Program-made: the position numbers and the translations under genes | Shown here: positions 1 to 8,657 of the stretch, in pieces | How the letters are laid out: each line of letters starts with the position of its first letter | Numbering within the stretch: the stretch's first letter is position 1 | Notes under the pieces: generated by a model | What the model saw: only the letters and a program-made list of their open reading frames with translations | The model's database searches: none | What the model was told of the DNA's origin: nothing | From: Patescibacteria group bacterium | Lineage (GTDB): Bacteria; Patescibacteriota; UBA1384; 2-12-FULL-50-11 | NCBI GenBank assembly: GCA_038058635.1 | Contig: JBBUAP010000001.1 | Location: forward strand, 197,190-261,189 | DNA length: 64,000 nucleotides | Reading direction: 5' to 3'

Positions 1-114
1 TTGGCGCATCCACCGTAGTTTCAACATAGGTGGACAATTAACCCCGTTTTTCAACCTCGATTGCTTGAGGAAGCTGCGTATGTCAGTTGTTTCAACTGTT
101 GACGAATTTGTGAC
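1..114 (-). ncRNA. 5' part of a putative group I intron inserted after tRNA position 35 (truncated by window edge)
   Basis: Follows the tRNA 5' exon directly; ACAGTTGA (minus 99..92) can pair with exon TCGACTGT as a P1 guide; catalytic core lies outside the window. Confidence 0.65.
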
Positions 115-148
115 ACAGTCGACCGCTCTACCACTGAGCTACCCCAGA
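115..148 (-). tRNA. 5' exon of an intron-containing tRNA, probably tRNA-Asn(GUU); 3' exon lies left of the window
   Basis: Minus strand reads TCTGGGG-TA-GCTC-AGTGGTA-GAGC-G-GTCGA-CT-GT and then the cloverleaf stops; U1 and G34U35 fit Asn (Asp not excluded). Confidence 0.8.
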
Positions 149-250
149 ATTTAAAAAATGTAAGGTGCTTAAACTAGTTTAGCGCAAACCTGTTGTTCGA
201 GCAACGAGTTGCTTTACTTTCGGCGACCTAATCCGTAGTCTTAAAGCTAG

Positions 251-814
251 GGAGGGAAGATTCAACACATCAAGATCGGTATTTCAGGGGCGGCGGAGGA
301 TATTTGTTTGCCAGATGCGTTCAAAAAAGCCGAACTGCTTGGTTATTACTTAGCCAAACAGGGCGTGGTAGTGGTGACTGGTGACACGACTGGCATTCCG
401 CTTTCGGCGGCCAAAGGAGCAAAACGAGGCGGCGGTTTCACGGTTGGCATCTCGCCCGCTTCCAGCTACTTGGAGCATGTCAAAAAGTACAAACTCCCTC
501 ATCGTTACACCGATTTCTCGATGTACACCGGCTTTGGTTACTCTGGTCGCAACCTCCTTTTTATCCGCTCGACCGATGCTGTTATCTTTATCTGCGGTCG
601 CATTGGTACCTTGAACGAGTTTACCATCGCCTTCGAAGACAAAAAACCGATCGGCGTCTTGACAGAATCTGGCGGTATTTCTGACGAGCTCGATCATTTA
701 CTGACCATGGCTAAGCGCGGCCGCGCCAGAATCGTTTTTGACGACGACCCCAAAAAATTGGCCGATAAGGTTATAAAACTGGCCAAAATTGACATCGGTC
801 ATATTACTGATTGA
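251..814 (+). CDS. LOG/TIGR00725-family Rossmann-fold nucleotide-binding protein; start uncertain
   Basis: VVTG..TGIP..AAKGA..GG..VGISP, RN....RSTDA, GRIGTLNEF motifs; frame is open from 251 including KIGISGAA, upstream of the TTG at 308. Confidence 0.85.
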   Translation, partial: GGKIQHIKIGISGAAEDICLPDAFKKAELLGYYLAKQGVVVVTGDTTGIPLSAAKGAKRGGGFTVGISPASSYLEHVKKYKLPHRYTDFSMYTGFGYSGRNLLFIRSTDAVIFICGRIGTLNEFTIAFEDKKPIGVLTESGGISDELDHLLTMAKRGRARIVFDDDPKKLADKVIKLAKIDIGHITD

Positions 815-828
815 TCTGATGACAGCTA

Positions 829-973
829 ATTTTCAGTTATCAATTTCCAGTTATCAATTAGTTTCCAATTATCCAGTTATCAATAGTTCCGAACATTGTA
901 CTACCGAAAACTTACTTCGAAGCAGCGAGCAATCAGCGACATTGAAAACTGGCAACTGTAAACTGATAACTTT
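829..973. repeat. Heptamer-periodic imperfect inverted-repeat element
   Basis: Left arm repeats of CAGTTATCAAT/TTCCAGT; right arm ATTGAAA-ACTGGCA-ACTGTAA-ACTGATA. Confidence 0.7.
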
Positions 974-978
974 TTCCC

Positions 979-2337
979 ATGACTAAGGTGTCTTTTTACG
1001 GGGCCGCTGGCGAGGTGACGGGCAGTAATTTTTTAATCGAGACAGAGAGCAATAAATATATAGTCGACTGCGGCCTCTTTCAGGGACGAGATACTATCTC
1101 TGAACTAAATGACGATCCTTTGGCCTACAACGCAGCTGAGGTTAGTCATGTTATGGTTACTCACGCTCATTTAGACCACATTGGTCGCCTGCCTGTGCTG
1201 GTCCGCCACGGCTATCATGGACCGATTTTTGCGACCGAGGCGACGATTGAACTGGCGACGATCGTTCTGAAAGACGCCCTGGGTTTGGCCGAGGAGCGGA
1301 GTCGACGGGAGGGAAAACCCCAGTTGTACGAAGAAGAAGACCTCAACCGAACCCTCCAGCAATTTCAAGCGGTTCCTTACCGTAAACCGCACCGATTGAA
1401 CGGTCAGGACCAATTTACCCTTTACGACGCCGGTCATATTCTCGGATCAGCTTCAATTTTGCTGGAAGCCGGCGGTAAAAAAATTATTTTCTCGGGTGAT
1501 ATCGGCCATTGGCCGAGCCCCCTGCTGGCTATACCCGAGCCACCGCCTGCGGCGGATTTGGTCATCACCGAAGCCACTTACGGCGGCGAAGAGCATCTTG
1601 GATCCGATGACCGGGAGCAAGTCGTCAAGAAAGCCCTCGAGTGGACCAGCCAAAACAACGGGGTTCTTTTGATTCCAGCTTTCTCAATTGAACGCAGTCA
1701 AGAACTACTCTTTTTGTTACACGAGATGTTTGAAAAACACCAATTGCCGAAAATGCCGATTTTCCTCGATAGTCCGCTGGCCATAGAAGCTCTGGCGGTG
1801 TTCGAACACCACATGGAGCTTTACCGTCGGGAGGTGGTTAAAGACGAGCACGGCGGCCACAATCTGTTTGATTTTGGCTCGTTAGCGCTGACACCAACGG
1901 TTGAGGACTCAAAAGATATCAACGACGCTCCGCACCCGAAAGTGATTATTGCTGGCTCGGGCATGATGGCCGGCGGCCGAATCGTTCATCACCTGAAACA
2001 TTACTTATCACGGCCAGACACATACTTATTGATTATTGGTTTCCAGGCGCCGGGAACACTTGGTTCAGCTATTCTGGGCGGAGCCAAATCGGTTCACATT
2101 CACGGCCAAGAGGTGGCAGTCCGAGCCAAGATTGAGGTAGCCGAAGCTTTTTCCGGACACGCTGATAATTCTGAACTGATGCAATGGCTTCGTAAGATCG
2201 AAATGCCTTCAGGCGGTCGCTTGGCGATTGTCCACAGCGAACCAGACCGTGCGGAAAAGTACCTGGCTTTCGTCAAAAGTCATCTGCCCGCGGCCAATAT
2301 TGTCATTCCCAAAATCGGCACCAGTATCGAAGTATAA
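979..2337 (+). CDS. MBL-fold metallo-hydrolase with beta-CASP domain (YSH1-like ribonuclease)
   Basis: THAHLDH, AGHILGS, FSGDIG, EATYG, AGSGM..GGR, FSGHAD motifs. Confidence 0.93.
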   Translation: MTKVSFYGAAGEVTGSNFLIETESNKYIVDCGLFQGRDTISELNDDPLAYNAAEVSHVMVTHAHLDHIGRLPVLVRHGYHGPIFATEATIELATIVLKDALGLAEERSRREGKPQLYEEEDLNRTLQQFQAVPYRKPHRLNGQDQFTLYDAGHILGSASILLEAGGKKIIFSGDIGHWPSPLLAIPEPPPAADLVITEATYGGEEHLGSDDREQVVKKALEWTSQNNGVLLIPAFSIERSQELLFLLHEMFEKHQLPKMPIFLDSPLAIEALAVFEHHMELYRREVVKDEHGGHNLFDFGSLALTPTVEDSKDINDAPHPKVIIAGSGMMAGGRIVHHLKHYLSRPDTYLLIIGFQAPGTLGSAILGGAKSVHIHGQEVAVRAKIEVAEAFSGHADNSELMQWLRKIEMPSGGRLAIVHSEPDRAEKYLAFVKSHLPAANIVIPKIGTSIEV

Positions 2338-2478
2338 AGTTTCAAGTCTAAAGTCTGATTTGTCACAATCGCTCGCTTTTCACGCCGTTCAAAGTAAGTA
2401 TCAATTGACGAAGTATTAAGTACTTGGAACTTGAAAATTGTTACTTACTTTAGACTTTAGCCTTCATACTTAGAGCTT
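2336..2478. repeat. Heptamer-periodic hairpin element (AAGTCTA/TAGACTT type)
   Basis: AAAGTTTCAAGTCTAAAGTCTG ... TTAGACTTTAGCCTTCATACTT; shares AAGTATTAAGTACTTG in inverted orientation with 2810..2965. Confidence 0.7.
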
Positions 2479-2489
2479 TCCTAGTATTA

Positions 2490-2510
2490 ATATACTAGGA
2501 GGGGGTATAT
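2490..2510 (+). promoter_or_regulatory. CsoR/RcnR-type operator candidate
   Basis: ATATAC-TAGGAGGGG-GTATAT: inverted repeat around a G-tract, upstream of a CsoR-like gene. Confidence 0.6.
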
Positions 2511-2582
2511 TGGGGATTGAGGAGGGTATAGTGGGGAAGCAAAGAATTACTGAATTACGAAATAACTGAATTACTAAATAAA

Positions 2583-2816
2583 ATGCAGGAACAGGAAAAG
2601 AGGAAATTTGTGGCCAGGTTAAGGAGGATGATTGGGCAAGCCCAGTCGCTAGAGCGGATATTGGCCGAAAACGATCGGGTCAAATTTGTCGGCCAGCTAG
2701 AGGCGGTGATTGCGGCGAGTCGGGCGGCCTTGAGCCTGTACGCCGAAATGGAATTAATTAATTCAGACGACCCCGAGGATATACAACTCCTCTCCCGGAT
2801 ATTAAGAAAAGGCTAA
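2583..2816 (+). CDS. CsoR/RcnR/FrmR-family repressor-like protein
   Basis: RLRRMIGQAQSLERIL..QLEAVIAA matches the family RL.R..GQ...L..M..Q..A...A pattern; no Cys or His. Confidence 0.75.
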   Translation: MQEQEKRKFVARLRRMIGQAQSLERILAENDRVKFVGQLEAVIAASRAALSLYAEMELINSDDPEDIQLLSRILRKG

Positions 2817-2965
2817 AGTGGCAAGTCTGTAGTCTAGCCATCAAGGCTAAAGTGATAAGTCTGAAGTCTGATTTAAGTATCAAATCTTAATTTTCAAGTA
2901 CTTAATACTTGCTACTTGATCATTAAATCAGACTTCAGACTTTAGCCTTGAGACTTGCCGACTTT
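2810..2965. repeat. Heptamer-periodic hairpin element
   Basis: AAGTCTGAAGTCTGATTTAA ... TTAAATCAGACTTCAGACTT inverted arms. Confidence 0.75.
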
Positions 2966-2970
2966 GTCGG

Positions 2971-4413
2971 CTAATTGTGTATATTCACCGGTGTACCGAC
3001 CGGAGCGTTATCGTAGACCCAATCGGCGCCGGTATCTTCGATCCGAACACAGCCGTGCGAAACTGGTCGACCCAAGTGGCTGGCCGGTTCACGGGAATTA
3101 CACTGTGGATCAAAACAGGGAACACGATGCAATCCGTAGCCTTGGTATCCCCCTCCGTCCGGGGTTCGAGCAAGGGCGTTCCATTTTTCCATCCAAATCC
3201 CCGGAAACAGCCGTGATTGAGCTAAGGAGATTTTGTTTTTTATGTAGAAAACTCCTGACGGTGTTGGCGTGCCCCTTTTGCCGCTCGAGATCATATATTC
3301 GGCCTGCTTAACTTCACCGACCATTATAAAGAGTCGTTGTTTGGTTAAATTGATGTCGATGTATAAACCCGGCCAAAGGCCGGCGACATAATCGGGATAG
3401 ACTGTCTTCTCGGTGAAGGGGATAGCCCAAGTACTAATAGTGATCGGTGAATTACTGGTGTCAGTTCGTTCGGTAATTGTACGGGTAACATCCTTAGCTA
3501 AACGAGTCAGATCGGTTTCCCGACCGTCTCTCCCCTCTTGGGTTACTTGCTGGGTGTCGAACTGGGTTGTTTTGACCAACATTTTAATGTTGATCTTCGA
3601 AGCGATAGCACTGTTTAGATAGTTACTAACTTTAGTTTGCGAGATGGTATAGCTAATCCGACCATCGACAGGGGAAAAATCGAGAAATGAGTACTGACTG
3701 CTTGGGGTGATGGTGAAATTTTTATCCTCAAAATTGAGGTAGATGGGGGTGAATTTCTGTTCAACCTCGGTTTTTGTTTGGGCGGCGAGCTCGGTAGTGA
3801 TAATCGGTGAACTTTCGGTGTATTCCAGTTCGGCTGAAGCAGCAGTACCGCTTGAGAGGGCCGTTTTTATTGCCGTATCGATGGCGGTGTCCGAAATCGA
3901 AATGCCCTTTTGACCTTCGCTGACTACTAGTTGGCCGTTACTATAACTAATGACGGCGTCTTTGGCGGCGGTGGTGACGCCGAGAATTGTCTCCACTTTC
4001 TGGCGTAAGATAGAAGGATCAGCGTCGTAGGAGAGACCGAGGGTCTTGGAGCTAAACATCGACCGCCAATATTTTAGTGCCAACCAATCGAAACTGTTTG
4101 GTGGCCGAACTGCCTGCGACAAAGTCGACTGCTCGTCCACTTTTACCCCTAATTCATCGAGGGAAGCGCTGGCCGATTTGCCATTTAAGCTAAAAGATAA
4201 CTGTAATCCAGCTAACTCACCGGCCTTGAGCTGGATTTTCTCGGTCGCCGTCGTGTACGGTAGGCCACCGATATCAACGCCGGCCACCATCGTTCGGGGC
4301 AAAACTCGACCCTCGAAATTAAGCGAGGTAATCGCCCCCAGTGCCGCCACGAGTGACAGGACGGCGGTAAAACTGAATAAAGTGATTAGCCCAACTCTTT
4401 TGCGCGAAAACAT
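2971..4413 (-). CDS. L,D-transpeptidase (YkuD) with N-terminal TM and YoaR/PG_binding_4-like region
   Basis: YIDINLTKQRL, ISSGKRGTPTPSG, GLH, SHGCVRI catalytic motif. Confidence 0.92.
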   Translation of the reverse strand: MFSRKRVGLITLFSFTAVLSLVAALGAITSLNFEGRVLPRTMVAGVDIGGLPYTTATEKIQLKAGELAGLQLSFSLNGKSASASLDELGVKVDEQSTLSQAVRPPNSFDWLALKYWRSMFSSKTLGLSYDADPSILRQKVETILGVTTAAKDAVISYSNGQLVVSEGQKGISISDTAIDTAIKTALSSGTAASAELEYTESSPIITTELAAQTKTEVEQKFTPIYLNFEDKNFTITPSSQYSFLDFSPVDGRISYTISQTKVSNYLNSAIASKINIKMLVKTTQFDTQQVTQEGRDGRETDLTRLAKDVTRTITERTDTSNSPITISTWAIPFTEKTVYPDYVAGLWPGLYIDINLTKQRLFIMVGEVKQAEYMISSGKRGTPTPSGVFYIKNKISLAQSRLFPGIWMEKWNALARTPDGGGYQGYGLHRVPCFDPQCNSREPASHLGRPVSHGCVRIEDTGADWVYDNAPVGTPVNIHN

Positions 4414-4493
4414 ATGAGGTAATTGTAGCGCTTTAGGCTTGTACTGTAACTAACCCACTAGTTTTCGTCCGAGCTCTTGTTAAAATAGATTCA

Positions 4494-4691
4494 ATGACGA
4501 CAGACTGGACTGACTTATACCGTCAATATCGTGGCCAATGGGTGGCGCTTGAGGGTGACGAGAAAACCGTTGTTGGTAGTGGCAAAACTGCTAGGCAGGC
4601 ACTTGATAAGGCCATTGCCAAGGGCGTAGCCGAGCCTATATTAACCAAATTGCCCGATCAGCTCGTTCCCTACGTCGGCTACGGCGCATGA
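4494..4691 (+). CDS. DUF5678-like small protein
   Basis: YRGQWVAL....VVGSG......L..A...G pattern; overlaps the next gene by ATGA. Confidence 0.75.
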   Translation: MTTDWTDLYRQYRGQWVALEGDEKTVVGSGKTARQALDKAIAKGVAEPILTKLPDQLVPYVGYGA

Positions 4692-5080
4692 AGTTTGGCT
4701 ACAAAAAATTCGATCACTTCTACCGTCCCGTCATCCCAATTAAAGTCAAATATAAGGGTCTTTCGGTCGGTTATGAAGTTCTGATCGATTCAGGTGCCGA
4801 TTTGTGTATATTTGACGCCGAAATCGGCGAGATTTTAGGGATTGATATTGAAAGTGGTCAGCCAGGAGAAGTTAGCGGTGTGGCGGGTCAAATATCAACA
4901 ATATTCGTTCACACAGTCACGATTGAAATTGGCGGACACTCAAAAGTTATCGATGTCGGATTCCTGTCCAAAGTAACCGATGGCCACAACTACGGCGTTG
5001 TTGGTCAGTACGGTTTTTTCGACCAGTTTGTGGTAGCTTTTGACTATGCGAAAAAAGAGATTGAGCTTAAGGCGCCCTAA
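4688..5080 (+). CDS. Retropepsin-like (clan AA) aspartyl protease
   Basis: LIDSGAD catalytic motif and C-terminal GVVGQYGFF. Confidence 0.85.
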   Translation: MKFGYKKFDHFYRPVIPIKVKYKGLSVGYEVLIDSGADLCIFDAEIGEILGIDIESGQPGEVSGVAGQISTIFVHTVTIEIGGHSKVIDVGFLSKVTDGHNYGVVGQYGFFDQFVVAFDYAKKEIELKAP

Positions 5081-5094
5081 CCATTTTTTAGTTG

Positions 5095-5982
5095 TTAAAA
5101 CAGGGCCCTCTTGGTCAGTAGCTCAATAAAGCTTTCGAATGAAATTCCGGCCTTGAGTAGCTCTTTGTTTATCAGAGAGTTTTTTGTTAGGCCGGGCAGC
5201 ACATTTAACTCTAGAAAATAAGGCGTTTTGTCACGCAACATCCAATCGATACGGGCATAATGCCGACAACCGAACTGACGAAATATTTCCTCGGAAAAAG
5301 ACTGGATTTGTTTGGTCATATCATCGGAAATTCTAGCTGGAACTATCTCATCACAACTTATACCGTCGTACTTGGCCTTAAAATCAAAGAACTCATTTTT
5401 TGGCACGATCTCAATAACCGGTAAAGCTTCGACCGAACCGCGCAGATCGATTACTCCGCACGACAGCTCGGTACCACCGATAAGTTCTTCAACTAGTACC
5501 TCGGGCCCAAATTTCTTGGCGGATCTAATTGCTGGCAAGAGCTGGTCATGATTTCTGACAATGGTGACGCCGAAGCTAGAGCCCTCCTGAGAGGGCTTAA
5601 CAACTACCGGCGGGTCGGGAAACTGGTTTGCGGAACCGTCTACAGACCACTTCGGAGTCTGGAACCCCAGTTTTTGAACCGCTAGCTTAGCTTCTAATTT
5701 GTTCCAAGATAACCTACACGCCATTGGCCCGCTTCCGGTGTACGGAATGCCGGCTTTTTCTAGAATCTTTTGGATTTGCCCATCTTCACCAAACTTGCCA
5801 TGAAGAGCCAGGATTACTAGTTGAGGCTGAATGTAACTGATTCTCTCCTGCCAATTATATTCGGCGCAATCTATTATCTGATGATCAAGCTTTAGCGATC
5901 GTAGGGCGGCGACAACCGTCTCGGCACTCCATAGCGCTACTGTTCTTTCGCTGGAATTTCCGCCCGTTAAGACAGCGATCAT
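5095..5982 (-). CDS. ddl: D-alanine--D-alanine ligase
   Basis: GGNSSER, LHGKFGEDG, IPYTGSG, VVKP..EGSS.G, FDFKAKY, LELNVLPG. Confidence 0.95.
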   Translation of the reverse strand: MIAVLTGGNSSERTVALWSAETVVAALRSLKLDHQIIDCAEYNWQERISYIQPQLVILALHGKFGEDGQIQKILEKAGIPYTGSGPMACRLSWNKLEAKLAVQKLGFQTPKWSVDGSANQFPDPPVVVKPSQEGSSFGVTIVRNHDQLLPAIRSAKKFGPEVLVEELIGGTELSCGVIDLRGSVEALPVIEIVPKNEFFDFKAKYDGISCDEIVPARISDDMTKQIQSFSEEIFRQFGCRHYARIDWMLRDKTPYFLELNVLPGLTKNSLINKELLKAGISFESFIELLTKRALF

Positions 5983-5986
5983 ATTG

Positions 5987-6059
5987 TGGGCCCGGATGGA
6001 CTCGAACCATCGATATCTGAGACATAAGCTCAGCGCATTAGCCGCTATGCTACGGGCCC
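5987..6059 (-). tRNA. tRNA-Ile(UAU)
   Basis: GGGCCCG/CGGGCCC acceptor, anticodon arm CTGAG-CTTATGT-CTCAG, GATGG-TTCGAGT-CCATC, A73. Confidence 0.88.
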
Positions 6060-6120
6060 CTAAAACGGAGTAATTTTACTCAATTTACATCATAAGGTAA
6101 AGGGTCACAGGGAGCCAGAT

Positions 6121-6148
6121 TTGACAGGTGGGTAGCATCTGCTATTTT
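6121..6148 (+). promoter_or_regulatory. Sigma70-type promoter candidate
   Basis: TTGACA-16 nt-TATTTT with a TG extension. Confidence 0.45.
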
Positions 6149-6313
6149 GTTTGAGACATCTTAGGGGTTCTTCTTCTAGGGTACGGAGGGAATTATAAAT
6201 GAGGGGATTGCTCGCAACGCCAATGTCTCTCGGTGTCTAAGAACACTCGATTGAGACCTGGCGGCGCTTGAGCGTTCCTTCAATAACCTTAACAACTAGA
6301 AGGAGAATGGAAA

Positions 6314-8578
6314 ATGAATAAGATACAAATATTCTTCGTCCGTTTTCTCGTTGTCCTCCTGGCCCTGCAGGGAACAGTCGCGGCCCAATTGCTGACCATC
6401 AAATCAGCCCAGGCCGCTGATCCCGTGCCGGCAGTAGTGATCAACGAGTTAATGTGGATGGGGACATTCGAAGACTCAAATGATGAATGGATTGAACTTC
6501 GCAATACCACCGATACCGCAATTGATATCAGTGGCTGGCAACTTACCAATGCCCAGTTCGGCGGCGATGGGGTACTAGACATTCCCGCAGGGAAAACAAT
6601 TGGGGCAAACGGCCTATTCTTAATTAGTCGCAAAGACGCCGCCAACTCGAAATTAGCTATTGAGCCAGACTTCCTGGCAAATTCGACTAATTCGCCGGGT
6701 AATATTCTACAGATTGACAATAATTGCCCTGGTGGGTCAACCACCTTTATGCAATTATTGAACCCGCTTATTGGCGATCCACCAACCGTCATCGATCAAG
6801 CTGGTTGCGATAGTTCCGGTAATCCGCTTAAGGGTAGTAGTACGCCAGCGGTCAAAAAGGCGATGGAACGCAATATCCTCATTACTGACGGGTTATTAGT
6901 CACCAGTTGGCACAATTCGGCTTCTCAAATCAACCTCGATTTAGGGGCAGTTGATTTCGCTTCGCCCAAAGCCGCCAATGGAACCACCGACACGACACCA
7001 CCAACAATTGGCACAGTGACTGATGATGGTCAGTTCACCGCCAACCCAAACCAACTGAATGCCAGTTGGACAGGATTTGCCGATCCAGAATCCGGGGTTG
7101 CGAGCTACAAAGCTGGCGTGGGCACCGCGGCCGGATTAAATGATGTGGTGGCGCTAAAAGGCATGAACTTGGTAACCAGCTACACCTTCACTGTCGCTGA
7201 CAGCGCGCTCGGTTTCCCGCTTCAGGAAAACGCGATCTACTTCGTCAATGTCGTTGCGACCAACGGCGTTGGATTAACGAGCTTAATGGCCAGCAGTAGC
7301 GGCATCACTGTCAATACCGTCAATCCGCTGACACCGGCCAATCTCAAAGTAGCCGATGTCCCATCAGATAACGGCGGCAGTTTGAAAGCGACTTGGGACG
7401 CTTCGTCGGTCGATACGACCAGCTACCAACTCAACTATCGCAAGGCAGGTGATCTAACTTGGTCGCTACCGATCAATGTTGGTCTGGCCTTGGAAAAAAC
7501 CATCAGTGGCCTGCTTAACGCACCGGTCAGCTACGAGTTCACTGTCGAGGCGATTGACTTCAACGCTCAACACTCGACTCCGAGCGCTATCGTGCTCGCT
7601 ACCGCGCTTGATAACTTGGTGCCGATCATCGACGCCAACAAAGTTGTCGTCAATCAAAACAAGCCGGGCACGGCCGATACAGTGGCCGGTTTAGCGGGAG
7701 CGGCGAACGAACCAGAAGTTGCCGTCGTCCTATTATCGGCTGCGCCTGAAGATCCAACCGCCACCGTTATCGGTTCGGTGTTAAGCAATCCCGACGGATC
7801 GTGGCCGGCCATTGGCATCGAGGACAACAAGTACAGCCGAGTCTGGTTAGTGCTAGTTGACGAGGGCGACAATGTTAGTCTGCCCTTGCAGTTGAATAAC
7901 GATATTGTCGGACCAATCGCACCGGTTCTCAACAAAGTGGTGGCTAATTGCGAGTCAAGCAACTGCCGAGTCACTTTAGACTGGCAAGCCGGCTCGACTG
8001 ACACGGCTAGCTACAAAGTCACCTATACCGTCGACGGGGTGGACCATCAGACTTTTGAAGTCACCACCACCTCAATGGCGATGGACTTAGCTACTGGTAA
8101 AAGCTATCTGTTCAAGGTAGTTGGCTATGACCAGTACGGCAACCCAAGTACAGCGAGCAATATCTTCTCTGTCACCTTAAATAAGGGCGTGAAGACAACA
8201 GCCGTACTAACAAATGGCAAGCAGGTAACAACAACTGAAGCTATTTCAGGATCGTTGGAAGTAAAAACAACTCCTGTATCTGCACCGAAACCTGCTCCGG
8301 CTCAATTTGCGCCAAAAGTTAAGGCGGCCGAGCCAGTGGTGGAGACACCGACTGAACCAACTCCCCCGCTCGTCGCCGATACCGAAAACAGTCGCGATTG
8401 GGTTCGCATCTTAGTGGTAGTAGTGCTACTACTAATCATCGCTGGTAGCTTCTATGCGCTATCACGATCGGTTCAAGAGACACCGGAAGAAGAGTTTGAC
8501 CGCAACAAAGCCGAATCGAAGGCTGAGGATACTGCGGGAACAACTAAACGCCGCGGTCGTCGACGACACCGACGCTAG
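6314..8578 (+). CDS. Large surface protein: signal peptide, lamin-tail domain, Fn3/Ig-like repeats, C-terminal TM and Arg-rich tail
   Basis: VVINELMW..DEWIELRN....IDISGWQL (LTD); W.GFADPESGV..Y; Fn3 W/Y patterns; AGGAG RBS. Confidence 0.85.
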   Translation: MNKIQIFFVRFLVVLLALQGTVAAQLLTIKSAQAADPVPAVVINELMWMGTFEDSNDEWIELRNTTDTAIDISGWQLTNAQFGGDGVLDIPAGKTIGANGLFLISRKDAANSKLAIEPDFLANSTNSPGNILQIDNNCPGGSTTFMQLLNPLIGDPPTVIDQAGCDSSGNPLKGSSTPAVKKAMERNILITDGLLVTSWHNSASQINLDLGAVDFASPKAANGTTDTTPPTIGTVTDDGQFTANPNQLNASWTGFADPESGVASYKAGVGTAAGLNDVVALKGMNLVTSYTFTVADSALGFPLQENAIYFVNVVATNGVGLTSLMASSSGITVNTVNPLTPANLKVADVPSDNGGSLKATWDASSVDTTSYQLNYRKAGDLTWSLPINVGLALEKTISGLLNAPVSYEFTVEAIDFNAQHSTPSAIVLATALDNLVPIIDANKVVVNQNKPGTADTVAGLAGAANEPEVAVVLLSAAPEDPTATVIGSVLSNPDGSWPAIGIEDNKYSRVWLVLVDEGDNVSLPLQLNNDIVGPIAPVLNKVVANCESSNCRVTLDWQAGSTDTASYKVTYTVDGVDHQTFEVTTTSMAMDLATGKSYLFKVVGYDQYGNPSTASNIFSVTLNKGVKTTAVLTNGKQVTTTEAISGSLEVKTTPVSAPKPAPAQFAPKVKAAEPVVETPTEPTPPLVADTENSRDWVRILVVVVLLLIIAGSFYALSRSVQETPEEEFDRNKAESKAEDTAGTTKRRGRRRHRR

Positions 8579-8593
8579 TTGAGCTACTGCTCG

Positions 8594-8627
8594 CAAAAAC
8601 GATCTGCCATCTGGCGGATCGTTTTTG
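8594..8627 (+). terminator. Intrinsic terminator (symmetric)
   Basis: CAAAAACGATCTGCCA-TC-TGGCGGATCGTTTTTG. Confidence 0.8.
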
Positions 8628-8657
8628 TTAGGAGCTCAATTTTGCTAGAGTCAGAGT

